Positions 19,401 through 27,828 of a DNA stretch of 64,000 nt are shown here, one piece after another. Within the stretch, counting starts at the first letter, position 1, and each line of letters opens with the position of its first letter. This DNA is from a virus. The position numbers and the translations under genes were made by a program. The stretch is taken from IMG/VR virus record IMGVR_UViG_3300022903_000002, positions 32,001 to 96,000 of that record; one strand, given 5' to 3'. The notes under the pieces were generated by a model. The model saw only the letters and a program-made list of their open reading frames with translations. It was not told the DNA's origin and did no database searches.

Positions 19401-21216
19401 CGGCGGTGACGCGCATGGTGTTGTCGCCGCAGCGAAGAAATACATCGGTATCGGCGACGATAGAGGACCTAACAACAACATCTTCAGCCGCTGGTGGGGA
19501 ATGCCGGGCGGGCCTTGGTGCTTCGCGGCCGGAACACTTGTGGACACCCCACAAGGCTTGGTCCCGATCGAGAACCTCAAGGTCGGCGACCCGGTCTACA
19601 CCGGAACCGGCAATGTCCAGCGGGTGTCGTGTCTGTACAGGAGGCAGAAAGAGCTGTGGCGCGTCGTCGCCATGGGAATGCCCGAGACCTTCACGACCGA
19701 AGACCATCCGTATCTTGTGCGTAAGCGCCTCGCTGGGCGGAAGCGGGCGTTTGCGGAGCCGCAGCGCACATCGGTCAAGGACCTCCGGAAGGGGGACCTG
19801 ATCGGCCTTCCGCTCGGGCCGGAAGGAACGACGAAGTACGACCCGGACCTGAGTTACGTCCTCGGCATGTATGTCGCCGACGGATGCCGGAGCAAGGGCA
19901 CCGTGATCTTCTCGGATGCCCCTGGTGAGACCGAACGGATCCTAACCGCCCTCAAGCGCGCCGGCTTCGATCGAGCATGGACCACACGTAACGGCGGTGG
20001 GACGAACACGGGCATCACCGACAGCGGCCTCTACGAACTGTGCGGGAAGTTCGGGGACCTGGCACACAACAAGGAGATCCCCGATGAAGTCCACGCTTGG
20101 GATGCCGCCGCCAGGACCGCTTTCGTAGAGGGGTTCCTCGCCGGGGACGGGCACCTGAACGATGCGATCTCGTGCGGTGGTTCGCCGCGCTGGGAGGTCA
20201 CGACCGTTTCACCGAAGTTGGCCGTCGGGCTGGCCAAACTACTGCGGTCCCTGGGGTTCCTCCCGTCGGTGAATGACGGTCGCCCTGAACAATCGCTGAC
20301 GATCTGCGGACGGGATACACACTGCCGGAAGCAGTTCAAGCTGAGCTGGCGGAACGCCCATCGCGATGAACTTACCTATCACCATTACGTCGAAGAGGAC
20401 GGTGTCATCTGGGTTCCGGTTCGTGAGGCGGAGCCGACGGGGCGAGTCGAGTGCGTGTATGACATCACCGTTCCTGGCGAGCACACATTCATCGCTAACG
20501 GAGCGTATTCGTTCAACTGCGCCATGTTCGTTTCTCGTGTCATCAAGGACGCCCACGCCGAGAAGTACTACTCCGGATATCCGACGGCGCTGGCCGCCGG
20601 GTACAACTCGATGCGGCATGTCAGTAGCGGGCAAGCTGGTGACCTCGCCACATACAACGGCGGCGGTCACATCAACATCATCGAGAAACCCGCTGGCGGG
20701 GCGTACATGACGATCGGCGGGAACCAGAACGCGCTCGTACAGCGCGGTATCCGGTCTCCCGGCCTGATTTTGCGCCCGGCGTTCGCGAACGGCGGGATCA
20801 TCGGCCGAGAAGCGCAGCGCCTGTTCAAGCACGACGCACCGCGGCAGATCGACAAGCACGAACTGCAGACGCCGATGGTGCAACTCATGCGTTCGCTGCC
20901 GTCCGGGCAGATGAGCAACGTTGTCCGCGCGATCACGAAGAAGCACCTCACCGTCGCGAACGCCGGCGTCTACGACGACGGAGGTGTTATTGCCCCTGGG
21001 TTGAACCTTGTCGCGAACGCGTCACGAAAACCGGAAGCGCTGCTGAGCAACGCGCAGTGGCGTGGCATCACCGAGGCCGCCGCTGGTGGCGACACGCACT
21101 ATCACGCGCACCTGGACGAGATGACGCAGGCGGCCTACGGCACGCAGATCCGCTCGACATTCCACGCGATGGAAACCCAGCGGGCCATGAAAGAGCGCAT
21201 CGGACGGAGGCGCTGA
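16474..21216 (+). CDS. tape measure protein with C-terminal CHAP domain interrupted by an intein
   Basis: 1580 aa, Ala-rich, W-spaced amphipathic repeats, FAxGG motifs; follows the chaperones. Confidence 0.92.
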   Translation: MAAQVGAAYIKVAPNLAGFHRTITKELKSLSPQVKKIGLGLGRNLGDGIKVGLGDPLSGPLDESTKKQRQKGPKQGEEVAGAFAKGFEKRLKAAFQALPKAEIDADSSPADKKIAELRRQLEALSGKTVGVDIDAGAALSEVAAIRSELEALDGHESIQVDVDAAAALAELTAVQVEVDRVDGRTARVNVNADVLPALAGIGLVSTALLGLTAIPIAATVGVGILSLVGPLGAAGAGFAGLAAVATPSINRIGEALKVQKQAQDASTGSAAQAAAANKKLAATMAALSPAERDVLKSWNGLRTAFTGWAKELQPAVLPLFTRGINLVKQALPGLTPIVKGAAGAVNGLLGDVTRAAQSPFWRQLRTNITGLVPTSITGFGKIAGNIATGLAGIVSAFLPYAPTILSFITRITAGFARWGQGLGTSNGFAKFMAYVKQNAPLILETVKQLGLSIAHIVSSLAPLGPAVLGGFGLLLRFIGMLTPGEIQAIAIAFTLLSVSIWAVNFALEANPVVLVITLIVALVAAVVLAFNHVTWFHNAVVAAFNGIKAAVLFVWNSVLKPTFSALVVAFQAISTVVMWLWRNVISPAFSAISLAARILFAIVAVAVLAPLVIAFNILKAVILAWWHIVVVPAFAAVQAVIAAAWVVIHPILAALGVAVRAVGAAAMWLWHNAIVPAWNGISLAIATVYNTVIHPILNALNAVLRNVIAPVFRWIYTSVIKPMFQAAGAVIRNVWNTAISPAFNALKSGVNAVKNAFSTAVSAIGRIWKGLESATKKPVQFVVNTVYNNGIRSVWNKVAGLVHLPQLPAAKFAQGGIFPGYTPGKDPYSMPMAAFSGGEAVMRPEFTRAVGPGFVYAANKVARKRGPGGVRDFLANGEMKFATGGILPGRHVAAFANGGIIGGILGAVKRASSLVVRGASSVLGGGASAFAKTVLNPILSRIPGADSPWAQGILSLPKRMIDGFISWLHTAIDPKLGGDAHGVVAAAKKYIGIGDDRGPNNNIFSRWWGMPGGPWCFAAGTLVDTPQGLVPIENLKVGDPVYTGTGNVQRVSCLYRRQKELWRVVAMGMPETFTTEDHPYLVRKRLAGRKRAFAEPQRTSVKDLRKGDLIGLPLGPEGTTKYDPDLSYVLGMYVADGCRSKGTVIFSDAPGETERILTALKRAGFDRAWTTRNGGGTNTGITDSGLYELCGKFGDLAHNKEIPDEVHAWDAAARTAFVEGFLAGDGHLNDAISCGGSPRWEVTTVSPKLAVGLAKLLRSLGFLPSVNDGRPEQSLTICGRDTHCRKQFKLSWRNAHRDELTYHHYVEEDGVIWVPVREAEPTGRVECVYDITVPGEHTFIANGAYSFNCAMFVSRVIKDAHAEKYYSGYPTALAAGYNSMRHVSSGQAGDLATYNGGGHINIIEKPAGGAYMTIGGNQNALVQRGIRSPGLILRPAFANGGIIGREAQRLFKHDAPRQIDKHELQTPMVQLMRSLPSGQMSNVVRAITKKHLTVANAGVYDDGGVIAPGLNLVANASRKPEALLSNAQWRGITEAAAGGDTHYHAHLDEMTQAAYGTQIRSTFHAMETQRAMKERIGRRR
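19519..20517 (+). mobile_element. intein (333 aa) with LAGLIDADG homing endonuclease
   Basis: Block A CFAAGTLV, block B TTEDHPY, LAGLIDADG-like YVLGMYVADG and FVEGFLAGDG, block F VYDITV..EHTFIANG, terminal FN followed by Cys+1. Confidence 0.92.
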
Positions 21217-22161
21217 ATGCCGCTGCTCGTCAAACGGCCGTCCGCGCCGGCGGCTCCGCAGTCACCGGGGTTCAACCCGGATCGGCTCGGTGTGACGTAC
21301 ATCGATCCGGACGGGCATGCGTGGGCGTGGGGTGATCTGACGGCGAAGGTGTTCGCGACGGCGGTGGCCGGTCTCGGTTCACCACCTGTCGCGTTCACCC
21401 AGCTCGGTTTGCCGTCCGGGGGTGCCTTCGCGCAGTCACATCTGGCCGCGGCTCGTACCATCACGGTCGGCCTGTATGCCTACGACGATGAGGACCAGGG
21501 CGCGTTCCTTGCGCTGGTGGACCGTCTCGCTCGAGCTCTATGGTCGCAGCGGGATGGGAAGCCCGCGCCGGGGATCCTGGTGATCGCACGCCCGGACGGG
21601 ACAGCCCGGCAGATCCAGGTGTACTGCACTGACGGCATGGACCTGTCCGACGACGACCGGACGAAGTCAGGCCTGATGTGGGCGACGTATCCGGTCACGC
21701 TCGCGGCCCCAGACCCGTTCTTCGAGGACGCTGACGCGACCTCACGGGAGTTCGGCTCCTCGACTACTGCTGGCATTCCACCGATGCCACCGATCGTGTT
21801 GTCGCCGTCGTCGCTGCTCGGGGATACGACGGTCGACAATTCCGGTGACGCTGACGCGTACCCGATCTGGACGATCCACGGGCCCGGCACACCCACCTTG
21901 TCGAACGTCACGACGGGCCGATCGTTCGGGCTGGATGTGAGCCTCGGCGATGACGAGGTCGTTGTGGTCGACACTCGGCCCGGTATGCAGTCCGCGGTCG
22001 ACCAGGACGGCGTTAACCGTTGGGCGGATCTGGTCCGGTCGAGTCCGCGTGACTTGTGGCAGCTCGTCCCGGGCGTGAACGAGCTAAGCCTGACGATCGG
22101 CGATTCCGATGCCGGGTCGAAGATCAGCCTGTCGTTCACGCGCCGCTGGTTGAGGGCCTGA
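21217..22161 (+). CDS. distal tail protein (Dit)-like
   Basis: Follows TMP; LAAPDPFF, NSGDADAYPIWTIHGP, LVPGVN. Confidence 0.8.
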   Translation: MPLLVKRPSAPAAPQSPGFNPDRLGVTYIDPDGHAWAWGDLTAKVFATAVAGLGSPPVAFTQLGLPSGGAFAQSHLAAARTITVGLYAYDDEDQGAFLALVDRLARALWSQRDGKPAPGILVIARPDGTARQIQVYCTDGMDLSDDDRTKSGLMWATYPVTLAAPDPFFEDADATSREFGSSTTAGIPPMPPIVLSPSSLLGDTTVDNSGDADAYPIWTIHGPGTPTLSNVTTGRSFGLDVSLGDDEVVVVDTRPGMQSAVDQDGVNRWADLVRSSPRDLWQLVPGVNELSLTIGDSDAGSKISLSFTRRWLRA

Positions 22162-22162
22162 C

Positions 22163-23335
22163 ATGGCCGTGATGGTCGAAGTCCGTGACGGTGACCTGAA
22201 CAGTATCGGCCCGCTGACGTGGACGAAGGTTGACCTTACGGCCCGCTACAACGCGGTCGGGGCGTGGTCGATCACCGTCCCGGCTACCGATAAGAACATC
22301 GAGTTGACGAACATCCCGAGCCTGGGTGTGGTCGTGGACTGGAACGGCGTCTATCGGTTCACGGGCCCTATGGAGACGTGGGCACCGTCGAAGTCCCTTG
22401 ACGATGCCGGGCAGGTCACGGACACGATCACCCTTTCCGGTGCCGATGACCTGGCGCTGATCGCGAACCGGACCGCGTACCCGGACCCGGCGTCGTCCTG
22501 GGCGTCACAAACGGTGTCGGGTGAGGACGCCCAGACGGCGGTGCCATGCGAAACCGCCATCAAACACTACGTGAACGTCAACGCAGGCCCGGGCGCTCTC
22601 GCAGCCCGCAGGGCACCGCATCTGACGGTCGCGTCGAGTCTCGGCATGGGCGGCACCGTGTCCTACAGCGCCCGCTTCGCTGACGGCGTCGACCTTGAGC
22701 TGATGGACATCATCCGGCTGCTCATCGCCTCCGGTGGGCCGCTCGGTGTGACGGTCACTCAGCAGGGCGGGTCGCTGGTGTTCGACACCTACGAACCCCG
22801 CGACCTGTCCGAAACCGCCTGGTTTTCGTTCGCGCTCGGGAACCTTCGTGGCGTCGACCTGTCCGATGCGGCGCCGACGATCACCAATGCGCTTGTCCGC
22901 GGCTCGACGACGTTCGTTGAGGTCGCCGGCGCCGGCGCGGGTGATCCGTGGCGGCGTATCGAGACGATCGTCGACCAGTCCAGTTCCACCGACTCAACGG
23001 AGATGACGCAGGCCGGCCAGGACGCCCTCAGCCAGGGCGCGGGCGCGGCACAAATGTCGATCTCGACGGTTGACCTGCCGTTGCTGTCGTTCGGGACTGA
23101 CTACGGGCTGGGGGACACGGTCACGGTCGAGGTCCGAGATGGCGTCACGTACCAGGACATCGTGTCCGCAGTGCAGCTCACCGCGGATGACAGCGGCCAG
23201 AACTACGTGGAGACCGCGACGCCGACGGTTGGCGCGTCGGAGTCCGACATCGGCGATGACCAGACCGCCTCAGCGCAACTCGCAGCGCGAGTCAGGGCGC
23301 TTGAGAAGCAGATCCGACGACTTCAGGCAGGATGA
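22163..23335 (+). CDS. minor tail/baseplate hub protein (Gp37-like)
   Basis: RYNAVGAW, FGTDYGLGDTVTV, C-terminal coiled coil. Confidence 0.78.
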   Translation: MAVMVEVRDGDLNSIGPLTWTKVDLTARYNAVGAWSITVPATDKNIELTNIPSLGVVVDWNGVYRFTGPMETWAPSKSLDDAGQVTDTITLSGADDLALIANRTAYPDPASSWASQTVSGEDAQTAVPCETAIKHYVNVNAGPGALAARRAPHLTVASSLGMGGTVSYSARFADGVDLELMDIIRLLIASGGPLGVTVTQQGGSLVFDTYEPRDLSETAWFSFALGNLRGVDLSDAAPTITNALVRGSTTFVEVAGAGAGDPWRRIETIVDQSSSTDSTEMTQAGQDALSQGAGAAQMSISTVDLPLLSFGTDYGLGDTVTVEVRDGVTYQDIVSAVQLTADDSGQNYVETATPTVGASESDIGDDQTASAQLAARVRALEKQIRRLQAG

Positions 23336-24267
23336 GCATGGCCTACGACGAACCGATGCCGACCCCGGACGGCAACACCGTTTCGACGATGACTGACTGG
23401 GAGGCGTACTGGGTCGGTGGTCTCGGCGGAGCGTCTGGTGTCGTCGCGGGGAAGCTCGGGGAGTTGGCCCCGTCGATCAACTCCGGTTCCCGGACGGTGT
23501 CGACCGCGACCGGCGCCGCGTTCGTCAGAGGGTTCTACGTGCAGAACCCGACTACCACCCACACGGCGAGTGTGCCGGCGCAGTCGGTCGGGGATCGCGT
23601 GGACCGTCTGGTTTTGCGGCTCGATCGGACTGCGAGCGTCGCAGCGAATTGGTTGAAGCCCGTGATTTTGCAGGGCTCTTCGGGGTCGTCGACGCCACCG
23701 ACGATGCAGGTGTCCACTGACGGGTCCTACGACGAACCGATCGCACGGTGGACCACGAAAGCGGACGGATCCCTGACGGGCCTCGTTGATGAGCGGCGCA
23801 GGTCCGGCGGCCAGTTCCTCGTGTTCAACTCCGCGGCGAGACCGCCGGCGTCGCCGCCCCGGCAGGGCTACGAACTCGACACCGGCCGTCCCGTATACGC
23901 GGACGGCAGCAACTGGAACTACTACGAAACCGATACCGGCTTCCAGAATGTGGCGATCACCGGGTTCTGGGCGGTCGGCGGGTTCACACCACAGATCCGT
24001 CTGCGGAACGGCTGGGTGTACCTGCGCGGATCTATCGCGCGGACTACGAACACGCTGCAGTCCACGGACACGAATTCACCGATCGGCACGATCCCGACCC
24101 AGTTCCGGCCGGCGGGTACACACAACTGGGCGGCTGTGACGTCGTCGATGGGCCATGTGCGGCTCCAGGTGGACTACAGCACGGGCGCGTTGGCAGTTGT
24201 TGATCTGTCCGCTGACATCACGGTCGGCCGCACGGTGTACCTCGACACGGCATGGATCGCTGGCTGA
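23332..24267 (+). CDS. minor tail protein
   Basis: GAAFVRGFY, DRVDRLVLRLD, C-terminal fibre-like IPTQFRP domain. Confidence 0.72.
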   Translation: MSMAYDEPMPTPDGNTVSTMTDWEAYWVGGLGGASGVVAGKLGELAPSINSGSRTVSTATGAAFVRGFYVQNPTTTHTASVPAQSVGDRVDRLVLRLDRTASVAANWLKPVILQGSSGSSTPPTMQVSTDGSYDEPIARWTTKADGSLTGLVDERRRSGGQFLVFNSAARPPASPPRQGYELDTGRPVYADGSNWNYYETDTGFQNVAITGFWAVGGFTPQIRLRNGWVYLRGSIARTTNTLQSTDTNSPIGTIPTQFRPAGTHNWAAVTSSMGHVRLQVDYSTGALAVVDLSADITVGRTVYLDTAWIAG

Positions 24268-24386
24268 TGCCGCTCCTCGTCAAGCGTCCAGTGCGGCCAG
24301 AGTCCCAGTGGGTGCTGCCACCGATGCCTCCGATCGGCTCGGCCAGCGAAGAATCCGATGACGACCCAGAGCAGGAGACGGTGTGA
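24267..24386 (+). CDS. 39-aa mini-ORF resembling Dit motifs
   Basis: MPLLVKRPVRPESQWVLPPMPPIGSASEESDDDPEQETV*; overlaps both neighbours (TGATG, GTGA); absent from the ORF track. Confidence 0.5.
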   Translation: MPLLVKRPVRPESQWVLPPMPPIGSASEESDDDPEQETV

Positions 24387-24940
24387 GGCACATGTTCGGC
24401 GGCGACTTGGCCGCTTGGTCCACTGATCTGGGTGACGAAGCAACGAGTATCAACGGTCAGGATGGGCGCGTCGCCCTGTTCATCCCCGACGCACCCATCG
24501 AGTTCTGGTCGGCGATCACAGGCGGTACACCGTACACGGATCTCCTCGACAACCTCGGTACGCCGACGACATCGGTTACGACCGACACGAACGGCGAGTT
24601 TCCGCAATTCCAGGGGCCCGATGATGTCTGGTACATGTGGGCGGACGGCTCCGGTGACGGCTCCGGCCCGCGCCGGCTGATCGTCGCCACGGACCTCGCT
24701 GACACGGTCGCGGCGAACAAGGACTCCCTCACGGACCTGATCGGCACTGTCACTGACCTGCAGTCTCTCGTCGCCTCGTCGCTGGGGATCATCGAGTACG
24801 ACAGCGTCGGTGCGGCGTGGCCGGACCGACCTGAGGATTCGCGGATCTACATGTGGGTGGGGCCGACGGCACCGACGGTGGGCGGCACGGGAATGCAGGA
24901 TGGCCGGGACTTCTGGCTCAACCCGGTGCCGGTGAGCTGA
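24383..24940 (+). CDS. minor tail/structural protein
   Basis: FWSAITGGTPYTDLLD...FQGPD motif. Confidence 0.65.
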   Translation: MRHMFGGDLAAWSTDLGDEATSINGQDGRVALFIPDAPIEFWSAITGGTPYTDLLDNLGTPTTSVTTDTNGEFPQFQGPDDVWYMWADGSGDGSGPRRLIVATDLADTVAANKDSLTDLIGTVTDLQSLVASSLGIIEYDSVGAAWPDRPEDSRIYMWVGPTAPTVGGTGMQDGRDFWLNPVPVS

Positions 24941-24941
24941 G

Positions 24942-25880
24942 GTGCCTTACGCACGCCTGTATGCAGCGTCGGGTCTGCGGCTACTGCCGTTGGATGGCGG
25001 CCCGGCAGTCGTTCCGGGCGGGGGAGGTGGGGAAGGGCCGCCGGACAACCCTCCGCCGACTGGGAACCGAAATTCGATGCTGGTCGGTGCTGCCGGGGTC
25101 AACTTGTCCGGCTCGGATTTCCCTGCGCTGGATGCGGCGGCCGGGCCGTTCACGGTCCGCAGGAGCTACGACACGAGCCTCCCTGCGACGTTCGCTGCGA
25201 GTGTCGCTGGGATTGATGTGGGTGTCCGCGCGTCGGTGTGGTCATGTAAGCCCGATCTGGCCCAACTCGCTAGTGGTGCTCTCGACTCAGCGATCCACGC
25301 TTTCGTGACGTCGATCCCGGACACACATGTGGCCTGGCTGACGGTGTGGCACGAACCCGACGGCAAGATCCGCAAAGGCCAGTTCACATTGGCCGCGTAC
25401 CTCCCAGCGTTCAAGCGGTTCTGCGAGGTCGTCAAGAGCGTCGGCAAGGCTCACGTGTATACGACGCAGATCCTCGAAGCGTGGTCAGGGCAGCATCCGG
25501 CGGTCGGGACGACGTATGCGGATCTGTGGCCGGGTGATGGGCTTGTGGACTGCTACGGCGTGGACGGCTACTCCAACACCGGTAGCGGGTCGGCTCTGTG
25601 GGGTCCTGCGGTGACGTTCGCGACGGGCAAGGGGATCCCGTGGGGGATCGCTGAGGTCGGGTGTGCGGGGGCGATGGACACGTCGTGGATGCAGGCGCAG
25701 GCGGACTATGCCGGGACGCATAAGGCTGGTGGGTTGCACACGAAGTGCGCGTACTTCTGCTGGTTCAGCAACACAACCGGTGGTGTCCTCGCGACGCCCG
25801 GCACCGACTCGGCCGCGGTAGCGAAGGCGAAGAGTATCTCGCAGGCCTACTTTACGGACGTAAACAGCTACCTGCTCTGA
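24942..25880 (+). CDS. GH26-like glycoside hydrolase
   Basis: WHEPD (acid/base), WPGDGLVDCYGVDGY, WGIAEVG (nucleophile). Confidence 0.7.
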   Translation: MPYARLYAASGLRLLPLDGGPAVVPGGGGGEGPPDNPPPTGNRNSMLVGAAGVNLSGSDFPALDAAAGPFTVRRSYDTSLPATFAASVAGIDVGVRASVWSCKPDLAQLASGALDSAIHAFVTSIPDTHVAWLTVWHEPDGKIRKGQFTLAAYLPAFKRFCEVVKSVGKAHVYTTQILEAWSGQHPAVGTTYADLWPGDGLVDCYGVDGYSNTGSGSALWGPAVTFATGKGIPWGIAEVGCAGAMDTSWMQAQADYAGTHKAGGLHTKCAYFCWFSNTTGGVLATPGTDSAAVAKAKSISQAYFTDVNSYLL

Positions 25881-25956
25881 GCAGCGCCAACGAACAATGC
25901 GGCTAGCGCAAGGTTTGGATCCACGGTTGCCTCCTGGGTGGGGTCGTCCAGGTGGG

Positions 25957-26316
25957 TCAGTTGCGCCCAGTCCGGCGCCGCTCACGCCACGCGGCGCGCT
26001 CGGCAATATTGATTTTTGCGATCCGGTCGGCCTCGACCAGTTGCGGTTGGAACTGGGCCACGATCTGATCGTCGAAACCCAGGCCGTATGCGAGTGTCCT
26101 CATAGTGACGATCGTGCTTATCGATTCCTCGACAGCGACCGGCATGTCGTCAGAGTTCGCCTGCGTGCTCCGGCCGATCTCCACGAGGCGGTTGTATCCC
26201 CCGCACTCCAAGCAAGAGGGCGCGTGGTGCCCAGCGAAGTGCCAAGAGGTCTCGCGGGCCAACGCTTGCCACTGCCGGCTGGTCAGCGTGATTCGGTAGG
26301 ACTCGATCAGTTCCAC
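25957..26316 (-). CDS. hypothetical protein
   Basis: GGAG RBS; co-oriented with the Phd-like gene. Confidence 0.6.
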   Translation of the reverse strand: MELIESYRITLTSRQWQALARETSWHFAGHHAPSCLECGGYNRLVEIGRSTQANSDDMPVAVEESISTIVTMRTLAYGLGFDDQIVAQFQPQLVEADRIAKINIAERAAWRERRRTGRN

Positions 26317-26331
26317 AGCGTCTCCATTCGG

Positions 26332-26685
26332 TCAGGCGGCGGTGTAGCCGTCGCCGCGCAGTTCAGTCTCGCGCCCGCGCAGATAGCTGTCAGCATCATC
26401 GCTGCATACGACCGAGTCGTCGCAAACATCACCATCGACCGTGTAGATCTCGCGGACCTCTTCGCCGTTCCGGATGACCTTGACGGCCTCGGTTCCTTCG
26501 TCGGTGGTGCGGGTGTAGGTGGTCTCGGTCACGGCGGTCTCCTTGATGCGGTCGAGGGGGACTATTGCGGCGTATCGCCTGCCGCGTCGGGTCAGGTAGG
26601 TAACGGCCCCTTCGAGGGCGGCATCGTCAACGAGGCTCCCGAGGGTTTTCCGGGCTTCCTCGACTCCGATCTCTTTCTCACTCAC
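26332..26685 (-). CDS. Phd/YefM-like antitoxin N-domain plus acidic C-domain
   Basis: IGVEEARKTLGSLVD...TYLTRRGRRYAAIVP. Confidence 0.7.
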   Translation of the reverse strand: MSEKEIGVEEARKTLGSLVDDAALEGAVTYLTRRGRRYAAIVPLDRIKETAVTETTYTRTTDEGTEAVKVIRNGEEVREIYTVDGDVCDDSVVCSDDADSYLRGRETELRGDGYTAA

Positions 26686-26691
26686 AGGCTC

Positions 26692-26714
26692 AACCTTACC
26701 GAACCTTAAGGTTC
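26692..26714. promoter_or_regulatory. palindromic operator upstream of the Phd-like gene
   Basis: Perfect palindrome GAACCTTAAGGTTC at 26701-26714 plus extra AACCTTA at 26692. Confidence 0.5.
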
Positions 26715-26772
26715 CTGTCTATCGCTATCGCGCCGCCGTGCGCATTCCTCCGTATCTACCTGAAGGAGCCGC

Positions 26773-27828
26773 ATGGCTATCGCGTTTCGTGCGTCCGCTG
26801 AGGCGCACGTCACCTCCGGGTCACTCACCCTCACGATCCCCGGCGCTGTCCAGGCCGGTGACCTCCTCGTCCTCGTCGGCGGTATGAACAACGCAGGCAA
26901 CGCCGCCTACGACTGGAGTACGCCGTCCGGGTGGACGAAGAAGGATGATCGCAGCGTCGGCTCCAACCTGTACGGCGTCGTCTACGTCAAAACCGCCACC
27001 AGCGGCGACTCCGGCGCCAGCCTCACCCTCGCCTCCAGCAACACCGGCAAGAGCTGCGCGATCATCGCCGCATACTCCGGACTCGACCAATCCGCGCCCG
27101 TCGACGTCATCGCAGGCCTCTCCGAGACGACCTCCACCGTCTCCCACGCCACCCCAACCGTCGCGTCGACACTGGACCAGGACTGGGTGATCATCGCCGC
27201 GGTCCAGTCCAACTCGGTAGCCGAGTCGTGGGGCACCGCATCCGGCTACACGAAACGGCAGGACTCCCTCGACAACACGCTCCCGTCCGGGCACGTCACC
27301 GCGACACTCCAGGACAAAGGACCGGAGTCGGTCGGCACGTATGGGGGAGAGGTCCTCACCGCCGCGTCCGCGTCGTCGAAGGCGGCGATGTGGACGATCG
27401 GGATCTCCCCGCAGCAGTCCACGCAGACCGCGCGCCCCACCTCCGACATCGATATCACCAGCGCAGTCGGCGTCCCAAGCCCTGGGGTCGGCAGCGGCGT
27501 GTACGCGCGCCTCGCCGAGAACACCGACTCCAGCTACGCCGAGATCAGCAACGGCGGCGACGTCGAGGTCGGGTTCGCCTCGCTGATCGATCCGCAGGCC
27601 AGTACCGGGCACACCCTCACCTACCGCGCTTGGTACGCCGGCGGGGCATCGAGCGGCACCCAGACGGTCACGCTGAAACGTGGGTCGACGACGATCGCGT
27701 CGTGGACGGACACTCTCACCGCGAGCCCGCAGACGTTCACCCACACCCTGAACGGGACGCAGGCTGACAGCATCCCGACGGGGGACTACTCCAACCTTCG
27801 GGTCCGGTTCGCGCCGAGCGTGAGCTGA
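26773..27828 (+). CDS. Ser/Thr-rich tail fibre/minor tail protein
   Basis: AAGGAG RBS; MAIAFRAS, VQAGDLLV, TPSGWT. Confidence 0.65.
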   Translation: MAIAFRASAEAHVTSGSLTLTIPGAVQAGDLLVLVGGMNNAGNAAYDWSTPSGWTKKDDRSVGSNLYGVVYVKTATSGDSGASLTLASSNTGKSCAIIAAYSGLDQSAPVDVIAGLSETTSTVSHATPTVASTLDQDWVIIAAVQSNSVAESWGTASGYTKRQDSLDNTLPSGHVTATLQDKGPESVGTYGGEVLTAASASSKAAMWTIGISPQQSTQTARPTSDIDITSAVGVPSPGVGSGVYARLAENTDSSYAEISNGGDVEVGFASLIDPQASTGHTLTYRAWYAGGASSGTQTVTLKRGSTTIASWTDTLTASPQTFTHTLNGTQADSIPTGDYSNLRVRFAPSVS

